A program made the translations under genes and the position numbers. This document shows positions 36,752-47,113 of a DNA stretch of 64,000 bases, in pieces (within the stretch, counting starts at the first letter, position 1; every line of letters starts with the position of its first letter). This DNA is from Bdellovibrionales bacterium. GTDB lineage: Bacteria > Bdellovibrionota > Bdellovibrionia > Bdellovibrionales > UBA1609. Under the pieces are notes generated by a model. It was not told the origin of the DNA. It did no database searches and saw only the letters and a list, made by a program, of their open reading frames with translations. Location of the stretch: the NCBI GenBank assembly GCA_015163875.1, contig JAAOIH010000003.1, positions 10,347-74,346 on the forward strand, given 5' to 3'.

Positions 36752-37102
36752 ATGAGTGAGCATCGTATTGAAAAAGTAAATAAAGAAGTTAAGCAATTAG
36801 TTTCTAGTTATATTATTCAAAATTTATCTAGTAATTTTTCTGTAATTATATCTGTAAATAATGTTATTGTGTCTAGAGATTTAAGAGGTGCTAAGATTTT
36901 TGTTTCATTTTTAAATAAAGATTTAAATTTAAAAAATAAAGAAGAACAAGATTATGTAGCACAGATACAAAAACATGCCTCTGATATACAATTTTATATC
37001 AGCAAACGACTTAGAATGAAATTTAACCCTAAATTAACTTTTTTTTTAGACGACAGCATTCAAGAACAAATTTCTGTTCAAAGCTTGTTGGACTCTTTAT
37101 AA
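36752..37102 (+). CDS. rbfA: ribosome-binding factor A
   Basis: Size, position after infB, and an RbfA-like KH-fold sequence (VSRDLRGAKIFVS). Confidence 0.85.
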   Translation: MSEHRIEKVNKEVKQLVSSYIIQNLSSNFSVIISVNNVIVSRDLRGAKIFVSFLNKDLNLKNKEEQDYVAQIQKHASDIQFYISKRLRMKFNPKLTFFLDDSIQEQISVQSLLDSL

Positions 37103-37108
37103 TTTTTT

Positions 37109-38056
37109 ATGCATATTCCAGAATACTCAGGTCTTTTGTTAATAGATAAACCTGATGGCCTAACTAGCCACGATGTAGTTTATAAAATACGAAAAAAATA
37201 TAAAGTAAAAGTAGGGCATTGCGGAACTCTTGACCCTTTTGCATCTGGATTATTAGTTTTAGTATTAGGAGAGGCTACAAAAATTGCATCTTATATTAGT
37301 TCAGAAAATAAATATTATGATTGCGAAATTTTATTAGGAAAAACTTCAGACACTTTAGACATCACGGGAGAATCTAAAGTTACAGCTAAATTAAAAGATT
37401 TAAACTTTTCTCAAAAAGAAATACAAGATGCTGTTAAAAAATTAACAGGCATATTATCTTTAGAGGTTCCAATGTATTCTGCAGTTAAAGTTAATGGAAA
37501 AAAACTTTATGAATATGCAAGACAAGAAAAAACTTTAGAAAAAATACCAATTAGAGAAATGAATTTTTTAGATATAAAATTTATATCTTACAAAGAAAAT
37601 ATTTTAAAAATAACTATGAAAGTTAGCTCTGGGACTTATGTAAGGGCATGGGCTAAAGCTTTTGGCGAATATTTAAAAGTTGGAGGCTTAGTTAAAAGTT
37701 TGCGAAGAACCGCATCACTTCCTTATAGCTTAGATAAATCAATTGATTTGCAATCGGCTTTAAATGTAGATTTAACTAATAATAAATTAAAAAGTTTAAA
37801 CAAATCTTTTATCCCAATTAGCAATACCTTGCCAAAAATGAATAAAATATTTTTATCAAACAAAGAGTCTAATTTATTAAAAAATGGACAAATCCCACAC
37901 AGCGTAGAAAACTATTTAGTCGTAGCTCAAAAAACTGCTCAAAATTTACAAAAAAGCAGTCTATACAAAGCATTAAACAACGAAGAAGACTTGCTAGGAA
38001 TTTTAGAAATAGCCACATCTGGCAAGCTGTCTATCAAAAGGTTATTGCTTAATTAA
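37109..38056 (+). CDS. truB: tRNA pseudouridine-55 synthase
   Basis: GLLLIDKPDGLTSHDVV and HCGTLDPFASGLL catalytic Asp motifs. Confidence 0.9.
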   Translation: MHIPEYSGLLLIDKPDGLTSHDVVYKIRKKYKVKVGHCGTLDPFASGLLVLVLGEATKIASYISSENKYYDCEILLGKTSDTLDITGESKVTAKLKDLNFSQKEIQDAVKKLTGILSLEVPMYSAVKVNGKKLYEYARQEKTLEKIPIREMNFLDIKFISYKENILKITMKVSSGTYVRAWAKAFGEYLKVGGLVKSLRRTASLPYSLDKSIDLQSALNVDLTNNKLKSLNKSFIPISNTLPKMNKIFLSNKESNLLKNGQIPHSVENYLVVAQKTAQNLQKSSLYKALNNEEDLLGILEIATSGKLSIKRLLLN

Positions 38057-38203
38057 CTATAAATCAGAAGCTCAAATTAAGATAAAAGTTAACTGTATAT
38101 AAATAAGACAGTAGTTTGTATTTTAATTAAAAGCTCTTGCTGTATAAGTTAATAAGATAGTATATGGCGTAAATTTTGGCTTCAAAATTGCTTATAATAT
38201 TAT

Positions 38204-39913
38204 ATGAAATTATTTGTATTTTTTTTAAATGTATTTTTATTTGCTCAAATATTTAATTTAAGTTTGTTGCATGTATCTTATGCCAGCCCTATAAAAAATA
38301 AATCTTATAAAGATTATTGGAAGCAAACTGGATTAACTATAGATTCAATAACAGGAGTACTTAATAATAAAACTTGTTATATGAGTGAAAAAAATTTTCT
38401 TGCCTGCATACATGCTTTAAACTCTTTAGGCGCACATGGTTTGTATCAGTTAAAAGTAGTAGTCGAAGGTCAAAAAAAACAAGGACAAGTAATTACAAAA
38501 TATCATGGTGTAGATTTAATTATTGTAGATAAAAAAACAAAAGATACATTTAAAGATCAAACTTTATATAGCTATTACAAAGAATTAAAAATATTAAAAA
38601 AAGAAGAAAATAATTTTTATTCTAAAGCTTATACTAAAAGTCCAAAAATTAATTTTTCTAAAATCTTTTTTGATATAAGACAAAATCTTAATAAAGATGT
38701 AGAGCAATCAATTATAGCAAGTAGCGTATTAAATGCTTACTTATCTGTTGCTTTTGACCCTCATACAGCTATTCTTCCTGTACAAAGATTGCGGGATAAC
38801 ACAAATTCTAACAAAACATTTTTAGGAATAGGTTCTGTTTTAAAAAAAGTTGTTAACAAAATAGTTTTTTTTCCTTTAAAAAATTCTCCTGCCTTAAAAG
38901 CTGGAATAAAAAATAATGATATTTTAACTCATATTAATGGAGAGGATATATTAAATAAAAGTATTAAAGATATAGTTGACCTAATAAAAGGGCCAATAAA
39001 CACTTCTGTAAATTTACAAATTTTAAGAGACAATAAAATATTAAAAATAAATGTAGTTAGAAATAAAATTGTTGTTAAAAATGTAACTTATAAAGTTATA
39101 AAACAAGAAGGCTCTAATTTTGGCTATATTTTGCTAAAATCTTTTTACAAAGCAGACGCTTGTAAAAAAGTATTAATAGCTATTACAAATTTAAAAAAAC
39201 AAAATATAAAAGCATTAATTATGGATGTCAGAAATAACCTTGGAGGCTTATCAAACCAAGCTGTATGTATTTCTGGAATATTTTTAAAAAAGTGGAGTAT
39301 AGTTTATCAAACCAGACAAGTTGGGTCATCTGATGTAAAAGCTATAAGAAGCTCACAAACACAAAAAACAAAGCTTCCTTTAATAGTTTTAGTTAATTCT
39401 CAATCTGCTAGTGCTTCTGAAATATTTTCTGGATCTTTACAAGACAACAAAAGAGCTTGGATTTTAGGAGAACGCACTTTTGGAAAAGGCACCGAGCAAT
39501 CTGTGAAATCTTTTGAACAGTTAAGCTATTTGTCATCTCATATATTTAAATTTTCTAAAAAAACACAAAAAGCACTTGCTTTTAAAAAAACTCAAAGTGT
39601 ATTTTATCAGCCTAATAGAACTACAAATCAGCTTATAGGTATTTCGCCAGAATTTAAGGTTCCTGCCTATCCAGATCTAAGCAAAGAAGAACTATTTTTG
39701 CCAAGAGAAGATGATTTATTTCACTATACATCTATTCAAACAGACAATCAGCGTCAAATAAAACCAGAAAGGCTTAAAGAGGCAAAAAATTTAATAAGCA
39801 CTTGTGACAAATTAAAACATATTAAAAATACTTATAAAAACCAAAAATCTTTAAAACAACACGATTATCAATTATATTACGCACAAAATGTTTTATCTTG
39901 TCTAGGCTTTTAA
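38204..39913 (+). CDS. C-terminal processing (tail-specific) peptidase, S41 family, with PDZ domain
   Basis: Signal peptide. PDZ segment SPALKAGIKNNDILTHINGEDI. Catalytic region LIMDVRNNLGGL...SASASEIFSGSLQDN...GERTFGKGTEQ. Confidence 0.85.
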   Translation: MKLFVFFLNVFLFAQIFNLSLLHVSYASPIKNKSYKDYWKQTGLTIDSITGVLNNKTCYMSEKNFLACIHALNSLGAHGLYQLKVVVEGQKKQGQVITKYHGVDLIIVDKKTKDTFKDQTLYSYYKELKILKKEENNFYSKAYTKSPKINFSKIFFDIRQNLNKDVEQSIIASSVLNAYLSVAFDPHTAILPVQRLRDNTNSNKTFLGIGSVLKKVVNKIVFFPLKNSPALKAGIKNNDILTHINGEDILNKSIKDIVDLIKGPINTSVNLQILRDNKILKINVVRNKIVVKNVTYKVIKQEGSNFGYILLKSFYKADACKKVLIAITNLKKQNIKALIMDVRNNLGGLSNQAVCISGIFLKKWSIVYQTRQVGSSDVKAIRSSQTQKTKLPLIVLVNSQSASASEIFSGSLQDNKRAWILGERTFGKGTEQSVKSFEQLSYLSSHIFKFSKKTQKALAFKKTQSVFYQPNRTTNQLIGISPEFKVPAYPDLSKEELFLPREDDLFHYTSIQTDNQRQIKPERLKEAKNLISTCDKLKHIKNTYKNQKSLKQHDYQLYYAQNVLSCLGF

Positions 39914-40011
39914 AGCTCTTTTTTACTATCTTTTAAAAAATAGTTTTCCTTGACGAAATACCCCTATATCAGTAACACTTCTTAAGTATTTTCAATAAGT
40001 TAAATACAAAA

Positions 40012-40062
40012 AAGATAATGTTTTAAGATAATGTTTTAAGATAATTTTTTAAGATAATTTTT
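40012..40062. repeat. 4 x 13-bp tandem repeat AAGATAATGTTTT (last two units degenerate) abutting the rpsO Shine-Dalgarno
   Basis: Units at 40012-40024, 40025-40037, 40038-40050 and 40051-40062. AGGAG follows at 40063-40067 and the ATG is at 40073. Confidence 0.9.
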
Positions 40063-40072
40063 AGGAGACTGA

Positions 40073-40342
40073 ATGCCATTACAAAAAGAAGTAAAAAAAA
40101 ATATTATGGAAGAGTTTAAAAGCTCACCTCTAGATACAGGTAGTGAAAAAGTACAAGTAGCTTTACTAACTGGTCGTATTAAAATGTTAACCGAGCATTT
40201 TAAAATTCATAAAAAAGATAATCACGGGCAAAAAGGTTTAAAAACTATGATTAACCGTCGTGCTAAATTATTAAAATATATAAAATCTAAAAGCATAGAA
40301 AACTATACAGGCTTAATTAAATCTTTAGGATTAAGACGATAA
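40073..40342 (+). CDS. rpsO: 30S ribosomal protein S15
   Basis: GSEKVQVALLTGRIKMLTEHFKIHKKDNHGQKGL...RRAKLLKYIK is canonical S15. Confidence 0.95.
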   Translation: MPLQKEVKKNIMEEFKSSPLDTGSEKVQVALLTGRIKMLTEHFKIHKKDNHGQKGLKTMINRRAKLLKYIKSKSIENYTGLIKSLGLRR

Positions 40343-40423
40343 TTAATTTACTAAAAAATTTTAAGCAATCGTTGATTTAAATTAATTAAAAAATAAAATA
40401 TAAAAAAATAAAGGTAGTCATTT

Positions 40424-42511
40424 ATGAAATCAGTTAGTTTTAATTTACAAGGCAAAGAAGTTGTTTTAGAAACAGGTCGCTTAGCTAAACAATCCGACGG
40501 TTCTGTTTTAGTAAAATGTGGAGACAGCAGAGTTTTAGTAACAGTTGTCTCTGATAAATCTGCATCAACAATGGATTTTTTTCCTTTAACTGTAGAGGTT
40601 CAAGAAAGATTTTATTCTGTTGGTAGAATTCCTGGTGGATTTTTTAAAAGAGAAGGCCGGCCAAGCGGTGACACTATTTTAAATTGTCGTTTAATTGACA
40701 GACCTTTAAGGCCTTGCTTTCCTGATGGCTACAAAAATCCTACTCAAATTGTTTCAACAGTTTTAAGCAGTGACAATCAAACCTCCCTTACAAGCCTTGC
40801 AATTATCGGAGCTTCTGCAGCATTAAGCTGTAGTGACATTCCATTTAGTGGGCCTGTTGCCGCAATACAAATTGCTAGAATAAATAAAGAATGGAAGCTT
40901 AATCCAGGGACCGAAGATTTACATAAAGCAGATTTAAGTTTGTTTGTAGCCGCTCGCAAAGAAGGTATTTTAATGGTAGAAGGCGAGGCTGATTTTGTTT
41001 CAGAGGCAGAAGTGTTAGAAGGTTTAAAATTTGCCTACAAAGAAATGGGAGTTATTTTTAAAGCTCAAGAAGACTTAGAAAGCCAAGTTAGTAATGGAAA
41101 AAAACGAAGTTTTACAAAAGAAGAAAACGACAAAGACTTTGAAAAAAAAGTAAAAGAATTTGTAACACCATTAATTAAAGAAGCTTTAGCTTGTACAGAT
41201 AAAATGGATAGATATGCAAAATATGCAGAATTTAAATCACAAGCAAAAACAGAATTGCTAAAAAATATAACAGAAGACAAAGCAAGTTTTGAAAAACAAT
41301 TATCTTCAGTATTTGATGATGTAAAATACACTATTGCTCGTAACATGATTTTAGAAGACGGCAAGCGTATCGATGGTCGTAACATGGTTACAGTAAGACC
41401 TATTGATTGCACGGTTGGCGACTTGCCTCGTGCCCACGGATCTAGTGTTTTTACAAGAGGTGAAACTCAAGTATTAGCGGCTGTAACTTTAGGGACTCAA
41501 GATGACGAACAAAGATTAGAAAAACTAGAAGGTGCTGCCACTAAAAAATTTATGCTTCATTACAATTTTCCTCCCTATTGTGTAGGTGAAACTGGAAGAT
41601 TGGGAGGTCAAAGTCGTCGCGAAGTAGGCCACGGAATGCTTGCCGAAAGAGCTTTGCAGGCTATTATTCCAAAGGGAGATAGTTTTCCTTATACAGTTAG
41701 ATTAGTTAGTGAAGTTTTAGAATCAAATGGCTCAAGCTCTATGGGAACAGTATGCTCTGGTTCTTTAGCTTTAATGGACGCAGGTATACCTGTTCATACT
41801 CCTATTGCAGGTATTGCAATGGGTTTAATTTCTAATGGAACAAAAAATATTGTTTTAACTGATATTTTAGGAGACGAAGATCACCTAGGTGATATGGATT
41901 TTAAAGTAGCAGGAAGTGCAACAGGTATTACAGCTTTGCAAATGGATATTAAAATAGAAAGCTTAGGCTTTGATGTTTTAGAGCAAGCTTTAAGCCAAGC
42001 AAAAGATGGAAGACTTCATATTTTAAAAGAAATGGAAAAAGCATTATCAGAGCCTAGAAAAGAATTTTCTACTTATGCTCCTAAACAAAAAAGTTTAAGA
42101 ATTCCAGTTAAAAAAGTTAGAGATGTTATTGGGTCTGGCGGTAAAGTAATTCGTGGTATTATAGACAGCACAGGTGCAAAAGTAGATATCGAAGATGATG
42201 GCTTAGTTACTGTTTTTGCAGTAGACAAAAGCTCTTTAGATAAAGCTATGCAAATGATTGAAGACATAATAGCAGAGGTAGAAATTGGCAGAACATATCC
42301 TGGAAAAGTATTAAAAATTACTGACTTTGGGGCCTTTGTTGAAGTTTTACCTAACACTAGTGGGCTTTTACATATTTCAGAACTTGCTCACGAAAGAGTA
42401 AGAAAAGTAGAAGATGTTTTATCAGAGGGTGACACTTTAGATGTAAAAGTTTTAGATGTTGATCACTCTGGAAGAATAAAATTAAGCAGAAAAGCTTTAT
42501 TAAATTCATAA
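40424..42511 (+). CDS. pnp: polyribonucleotide nucleotidyltransferase (PNPase)
   Basis: Two RNase PH domains, then KH and S1 domains (GKVLKITDFGAFVEVLP). Confidence 0.95.
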   Translation: MKSVSFNLQGKEVVLETGRLAKQSDGSVLVKCGDSRVLVTVVSDKSASTMDFFPLTVEVQERFYSVGRIPGGFFKREGRPSGDTILNCRLIDRPLRPCFPDGYKNPTQIVSTVLSSDNQTSLTSLAIIGASAALSCSDIPFSGPVAAIQIARINKEWKLNPGTEDLHKADLSLFVAARKEGILMVEGEADFVSEAEVLEGLKFAYKEMGVIFKAQEDLESQVSNGKKRSFTKEENDKDFEKKVKEFVTPLIKEALACTDKMDRYAKYAEFKSQAKTELLKNITEDKASFEKQLSSVFDDVKYTIARNMILEDGKRIDGRNMVTVRPIDCTVGDLPRAHGSSVFTRGETQVLAAVTLGTQDDEQRLEKLEGAATKKFMLHYNFPPYCVGETGRLGGQSRREVGHGMLAERALQAIIPKGDSFPYTVRLVSEVLESNGSSSMGTVCSGSLALMDAGIPVHTPIAGIAMGLISNGTKNIVLTDILGDEDHLGDMDFKVAGSATGITALQMDIKIESLGFDVLEQALSQAKDGRLHILKEMEKALSEPRKEFSTYAPKQKSLRIPVKKVRDVIGSGGKVIRGIIDSTGAKVDIEDDGLVTVFAVDKSSLDKAMQMIEDIIAEVEIGRTYPGKVLKITDFGAFVEVLPNTSGLLHISELAHERVRKVEDVLSEGDTLDVKVLDVDHSGRIKLSRKALLNS

Positions 42512-42570
42512 AATAACTAGTTTAGTAAGTTAGTTTAATGTTGTAAAAAAATAATATTTAGAGGTTAACA

Positions 42571-43035
42571 ATGAGCTCTCACCCTTTAATTAATGTAAAA
42601 GTGAAAACTTTAGAACATTTTAAAGGAGAGCTTCCTATTTACCACAGCCTATTAGCAAGTGGGTTAGATGTTAGAGCACAAATTAATAAAGAATTAATTA
42701 TAAAACCTTTAGATAGAGCTTTGGTTTTTACTGCATTAAGTTTTGAAATTCCACCATCTTATGAAATTCAAGTTCGTTCACGCAGTGGGTGGGCTTATAA
42801 AAAAGGAATTAGCGTTTTAAATAGCCCAGGGACTATTGATGCAGATTACAGAGGCGAATTAAAAATTATTTTAATTAATCTTTCAAACCAAGATGTAAGA
42901 ATTGTAGATCAAGACAGAATTGCACAATTAGTTTTAGCTCCAGTAGTGCAAATTAATTTAGAACAAGATAAACAGCTATCCTCTACAAAAAGAGGAGAAA
43001 AAGGTTTTGGAAGTACGGGTTTGTCTAATGATTAA
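42571..43035 (+). CDS. dut: dUTP diphosphatase
   Basis: RSGWAYKKGISVLNSPGTIDADYRGEL and C-terminal RGEKGFGSTG motifs. Confidence 0.9.
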   Translation: MSSHPLINVKVKTLEHFKGELPIYHSLLASGLDVRAQINKELIIKPLDRALVFTALSFEIPPSYEIQVRSRSGWAYKKGISVLNSPGTIDADYRGELKIILINLSNQDVRIVDQDRIAQLVLAPVVQINLEQDKQLSSTKRGEKGFGSTGLSND

Positions 43036-43882
43036 AAATATTTTTTTTGTACTTGTTTTTTTATTTTTTAAATCAATATACGCTGCTCCTGCTCAAGTAT
43101 TAACAGAAACTGCTGTTTATAAAACAAATAATTTTGACTCTGATATCATAATTTATTTACCTGCTAATAAAAAAGTACAAGCCTCTAAAAAAATTTACAA
43201 AGGAAAGTCTTTTGGAAGTTTTAGAAAAATAAAAGTACATAAAAATAAATACGGGTTTGTTTCTGATGTAGATATAAAGTTATTAACATTTTTAAAAATA
43301 CAAAAAAAAAGATTAAAAAAAAGATTAAAACAATTAAAAACAGAGCAATTATATAGACAATATCTTTATTTAAATACATATGTTGGGCTTGGATTGTCTT
43401 TTAATAGATTTACAGAAAAAAATGTAGACAAACAAAAAAAAAGCGCCCCTTTAACTGCTATTAGCTTTCAATTAATGGGCCCATGGATTTTTCCAACTAA
43501 AATTCCTTTAAATATTAGTTTTTCTTATGCAAAGATGCCATCTTATTATAAAAAAATAAGCAATACTAAATATGCTTCTGGTTATGTTTTATTTGGAGAC
43601 ATTAGTTATCCAATGATACTTTCTAGCTTTAACAGCTTGCTAGTTTACTATAGTGCAGGCGTTTCTTTTAGATTTATTAAAGGACAGCGTGGTGTTAAAG
43701 GTTCATCAGGAACTACAGACAGTATTAAAAACATAAGTAAATATTATTTTGGAGGCTTGCTAGGAATAGGGTCTTTGTTTGAATTTTCTCAAAACATGGC
43801 AGTAAAAATAGATGCTAGTTATAATTATAATGGCGGTGTATTTTTTGAAGGCCTGCAAACAACTTTGCTATTTAAATATTAA
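43028..43882 (+). CDS. hypothetical exported protein (SH3-like N-terminal domain plus beta-barrel-like C-terminal part)
   Basis: I prefer the ATG at 43028 (MIKNIFFVLVFLFFKSIYA-AP signal peptide, ATGA-type overlap with the dut stop) over the track start at 43007. Ends ...TTLLFKY. Confidence 0.55.
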   Translation: MIKNIFFVLVFLFFKSIYAAPAQVLTETAVYKTNNFDSDIIIYLPANKKVQASKKIYKGKSFGSFRKIKVHKNKYGFVSDVDIKLLTFLKIQKKRLKKRLKQLKTEQLYRQYLYLNTYVGLGLSFNRFTEKNVDKQKKSAPLTAISFQLMGPWIFPTKIPLNISFSYAKMPSYYKKISNTKYASGYVLFGDISYPMILSSFNSLLVYYSAGVSFRFIKGQRGVKGSSGTTDSIKNISKYYFGGLLGIGSLFEFSQNMAVKIDASYNYNGGVFFEGLQTTLLFKY

Positions 43883-43939
43883 AATAAATATTACTTTAAT
43901 TAAAAAATAATTTGTAACTAAATTGTTAGAGAAAAATAA

Positions 43940-44878
43940 ATGAAAAAAAATATTTTTATTTTAGGTTCAACAGGAGTTGGAAAAAGCAGCTTAGCTTTAA
44001 AAATTAGCCAAGAATTAAATAAAAACTCCACCTCCACAGCTATTGTAAATGCAGATAGTTTGCAATTTTATAAAGGCTTAGATATTGGCACTGCAAAGCC
44101 TAGCAAAAAAGAAATGCTTTTATCGCCTCACTTATTATTTGATTGCATTAATTATCCTAACGAGGCAACGGTTGCATGGTATTATGAGCAATTTTTTTTA
44201 ACATTAAATAATCATAGTTGTAATAATTTTTTAACAGTCGGCGGCAGTGGTTTTTACATACAAGCTTTAGAAAAAGGATTATATGATGATTATAAAGTTA
44301 GCTTAAAAATTAAAGAAAAATATGAAAATATGTGCAAAAAAGAAGGACCAGAATTTTTACATAAAATATTAATAAAAAAAGATACTAAAACTGCTGATAA
44401 AATTAGTAATAAAGATAGATATAGGGTAGTAAGGGCTTTGTCTGTAATAGAAGCTAGCGGAAAAATGCTTTCTACAATTAAAGAAGAATTTGATTTGCAA
44501 AAATCTAAAACAAGCTTTCCTTATTTGTTACAAAAAATAGCATTATTTTTAGAACGAGATGAATTAAAAAAACTTTTATTAACAAGAATTCAATCTATGC
44601 TTAAAAAAGGTTTTATTGAAGAGGTAGAATATTTAGTAAAAAAAGGACAAAAAAACTGGAAACCATTGTCCAGCATTGGGTATAAAGAAGTTCAGCTATA
44701 TTTACTTGGACAGATAGATAAATGTGAACTTACAAATTTAATACTAAATTCAAGCATGTCGCTTGCAAAAAGACAAAGCACTTGGTTTAAAAGAGATAAA
44801 ACTATCCAATGGTTTCATGCAGCTGATGAACTTAATAAGGCTGAAAAAAGTATTTGTAATTTTCTGCAAAAGAGTTAA
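43940..44878 (+). CDS. miaA: tRNA dimethylallyltransferase
   Basis: P-loop GSTGVGKSS, DSLQFYKGLDIGTAKP and MiaA-like remainder. Confidence 0.9.
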   Translation: MKKNIFILGSTGVGKSSLALKISQELNKNSTSTAIVNADSLQFYKGLDIGTAKPSKKEMLLSPHLLFDCINYPNEATVAWYYEQFFLTLNNHSCNNFLTVGGSGFYIQALEKGLYDDYKVSLKIKEKYENMCKKEGPEFLHKILIKKDTKTADKISNKDRYRVVRALSVIEASGKMLSTIKEEFDLQKSKTSFPYLLQKIALFLERDELKKLLLTRIQSMLKKGFIEEVEYLVKKGQKNWKPLSSIGYKEVQLYLLGQIDKCELTNLILNSSMSLAKRQSTWFKRDKTIQWFHAADELNKAEKSICNFLQKS

Positions 44879-44889
44879 ATAAATTAATT

Positions 44890-45453
44890 ATGAAAAAACA
44901 TTTTTTTCTTATTGTTGGGCCAAGCGGAGTTGGAAAGACTTCATTAATTAAGCGTCTTCTATTAGATTTTCCTGGTAAAATTTATGACACAATAACTTGC
45001 ACAACTAGATCTATGAGGCCTGGCGAAAAAGAAGGAAAGCCTTATTACTTTATGACCGAAGATAAATTTATGCAGCTAACAAAAGATGAATATTTTGCAG
45101 AATGGGCAGTTGTTCATGGATATAAATATGGAACCCCTAAGTCAGAGCTAGAAGAAGCATGGAAAAAAGGTTTTTTAGTAGTTATGGATATTGATATTCA
45201 AGGGGCTCAGCTTTTAATGAAGGATTACAAGCTTACTAGCATTTTTATTCACCCTCCACATATTGATTCTTTGCTAAAACGCTTAAATCAACGAGATGAC
45301 GGCAAAGAAGCTAATTTAAACAAACGAATGGAAAGCGCTAAAAAAGAAATCAAATTAGCCCATAAATGTAGCCACGAAATAATTAATGATAATTTAGACG
45401 ATGCTTATTTAAAACTAAAAAAACTGGTTGAAGAATCATTAAATAAGCTCTAA
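44890..45453 (+). CDS. gmk: guanylate kinase
   Basis: GPSGVGKTSL and TTRSMRPGEKEGKPYYF motifs. Confidence 0.9.
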   Translation: MKKHFFLIVGPSGVGKTSLIKRLLLDFPGKIYDTITCTTRSMRPGEKEGKPYYFMTEDKFMQLTKDEYFAEWAVVHGYKYGTPKSELEEAWKKGFLVVMDIDIQGAQLLMKDYKLTSIFIHPPHIDSLLKRLNQRDDGKEANLNKRMESAKKEIKLAHKCSHEIINDNLDDAYLKLKKLVEESLNKL

Positions 45454-45510
45454 AGTATGTTAAATATTTAACAATTTGTGTCTTATAAAAATATTAAAAA
45501 GGATTAAATT

Positions 45511-45750
45511 ATGGCTCGTGTAACCGTTGAAGATTGCTTAGTTAAGATTCCAAATCGCTTTGCTTTAGTAATTTTAGCAGCAAAAAGAGTTAGACAAATT
45601 TTAAAAGGTGCAGAATTTACAGATATTGCAGAACCTAAAAATAAAGAAGTAGTAAACTCTTTAAGAGAAATTGCTGCAGAAAAAGTTTATAACAAAATTG
45701 ACGAATCAGAAAATATTGCAACTAAACAAGTTGAATCAGACTTAGTTTAA
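45511..45750 (+). CDS. rpoZ: DNA-directed RNA polymerase subunit omega
   Basis: [26 protein letters not shown] is the canonical omega N-terminus. Follows gmk as in many bacteria. Confidence 0.85.
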   Translation: MARVTVEDCLVKIPNRFALVILAAKRVRQILKGAEFTDIAEPKNKEVVNSLREIAAEKVYNKIDESENIATKQVESDLV

Positions 45751-45812
45751 AAAAAAATTTTTTTTAAGCTTAAAAGTTTAACTTTAACTTTAACTTTACA
45801 AAAATTTAAACT

Positions 45813-46898
45813 TTACAAAAATAAACTCAAGCATTTATTGTTAATAATTGACCCAACTTTTAACTTCATTAAAATAGGAAAATGATCAGAAGGGCCAGTT
45901 TCTTTTAACTCTTGACCTTTTTTTGGATAAAAACTAGAGGAGTTAGGCACAAGTACATGCTTTCCTTTAACAGAAGCATCTTTTCCCTCTTGTGTAATTA
46001 CTTTAAAGCTTTCTTTTTTAATAGATATTTCTGAATTTAAATCAGAATTTTTTGCAGTTAATAAGTTAGAGCTAACTAAAAATTTATCAAAATTAGACCA
46101 ACTTTCATTAGGCTTATAAAAAATAGTACCAGAAGTTTTTTTATCTGCATAAGATCGCATGTCTACAATATTTTTATTTAAGTTTAAAGCCTTTAACACT
46201 TTTCCTTCTTCTTGTTTTACAGTGTTAAAATCACCAGTAATAATAATTTTTGGATTTTTTTCTTGTTTTTTTAAATTTGTTAATATGTTTTTTAAAGACT
46301 TTATTACAACTTCTCTTTCTTTTGTCGGATGTGAGGGGGATGGTAAATGTAAAGTAAATATATGAAAAACTTCTTTATTGTATTCAAAAGTAGATTGTAA
46401 AATAGGCCTATTTAGCTCCGAGTTATTTACCTCTACAAAGTGCTCTTCAATTTTTAATACTTTTAGCCCAATATTAGATTTATAAATTAGAGCTAAATTT
46501 TGTGAATTAGATGCATTTTCAGAATGACTAACATAACTGTAATGCAAATCATATACTTTAGAGTGTTTATTTTTATTTAACTTAGAAATTAAAAACTCTA
46601 AGCTTTTAGTATTATGAATTTCTGCCAAAGTAATAATATCAGGCCCCTTTTCTACACTTCCATTTATTACTTCTGCAATTTTTTCTGCCTTATAATCTTT
46701 ATGATCAAGTTTTATTTTATCCTCATCAGATAAATATTTATCTATTACAGATTGAGGTGGCATGTCTGTGCCCATAGAAAAATTTTCTAGATTATAAAAT
46801 AAAAGAGACAAATTTTCTGCCTTACTTAAGTTAACAAAAACATAATTACTTATAAACAAAAAGCTTAGTAGTATAAAAATATTTTTTAATCTATGCAC
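45813..46898 (-). CDS. secreted endonuclease/exonuclease/phosphatase (EEP) family protein
   Basis: Signal peptide, GTG start, and EEP-type motifs (LAEI, ITGDFN, C-terminal GPSDHFPILMKL). Confidence 0.75.
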   Translation of the reverse strand: MHRLKNIFILLSFLFISNYVFVNLSKAENLSLLFYNLENFSMGTDMPPQSVIDKYLSDEDKIKLDHKDYKAEKIAEVINGSVEKGPDIITLAEIHNTKSLEFLISKLNKNKHSKVYDLHYSYVSHSENASNSQNLALIYKSNIGLKVLKIEEHFVEVNNSELNRPILQSTFEYNKEVFHIFTLHLPSPSHPTKEREVVIKSLKNILTNLKKQEKNPKIIITGDFNTVKQEEGKVLKALNLNKNIVDMRSYADKKTSGTIFYKPNESWSNFDKFLVSSNLLTAKNSDLNSEISIKKESFKVITQEGKDASVKGKHVLVPNSSSFYPKKGQELKETGPSDHFPILMKLKVGSIINNKCLSLFL

Positions 46899-47113
46899 AG
46901 TAAATTCCTATTTTTAGTTAAACTGATTTACACTAGTATATTAAGCAATTTACAGGCCAATTAATGGCAATTAATACTAAGTAATTACAGCAATTTACAG
47001 GGTTCACTGTGCATATTACTAATATAATAGGTTATTTTAGCTTAAATTGAGCTCAATTTTTTTATAAACCAGACTGGTTTTTAATCTATTTTATGTTAAA
47101 AAGGTTATAGATT

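Noticed and set aside
45751-45775. A8T8 palindrome (AAAAAAAATTTTTTTT) after rpoZ as a bidirectional terminator
   Set aside because: A pure A/T stem with no loop is too weak for an intrinsic terminator, and there is no GC-rich stem nearby. It may just be low-complexity spacer.
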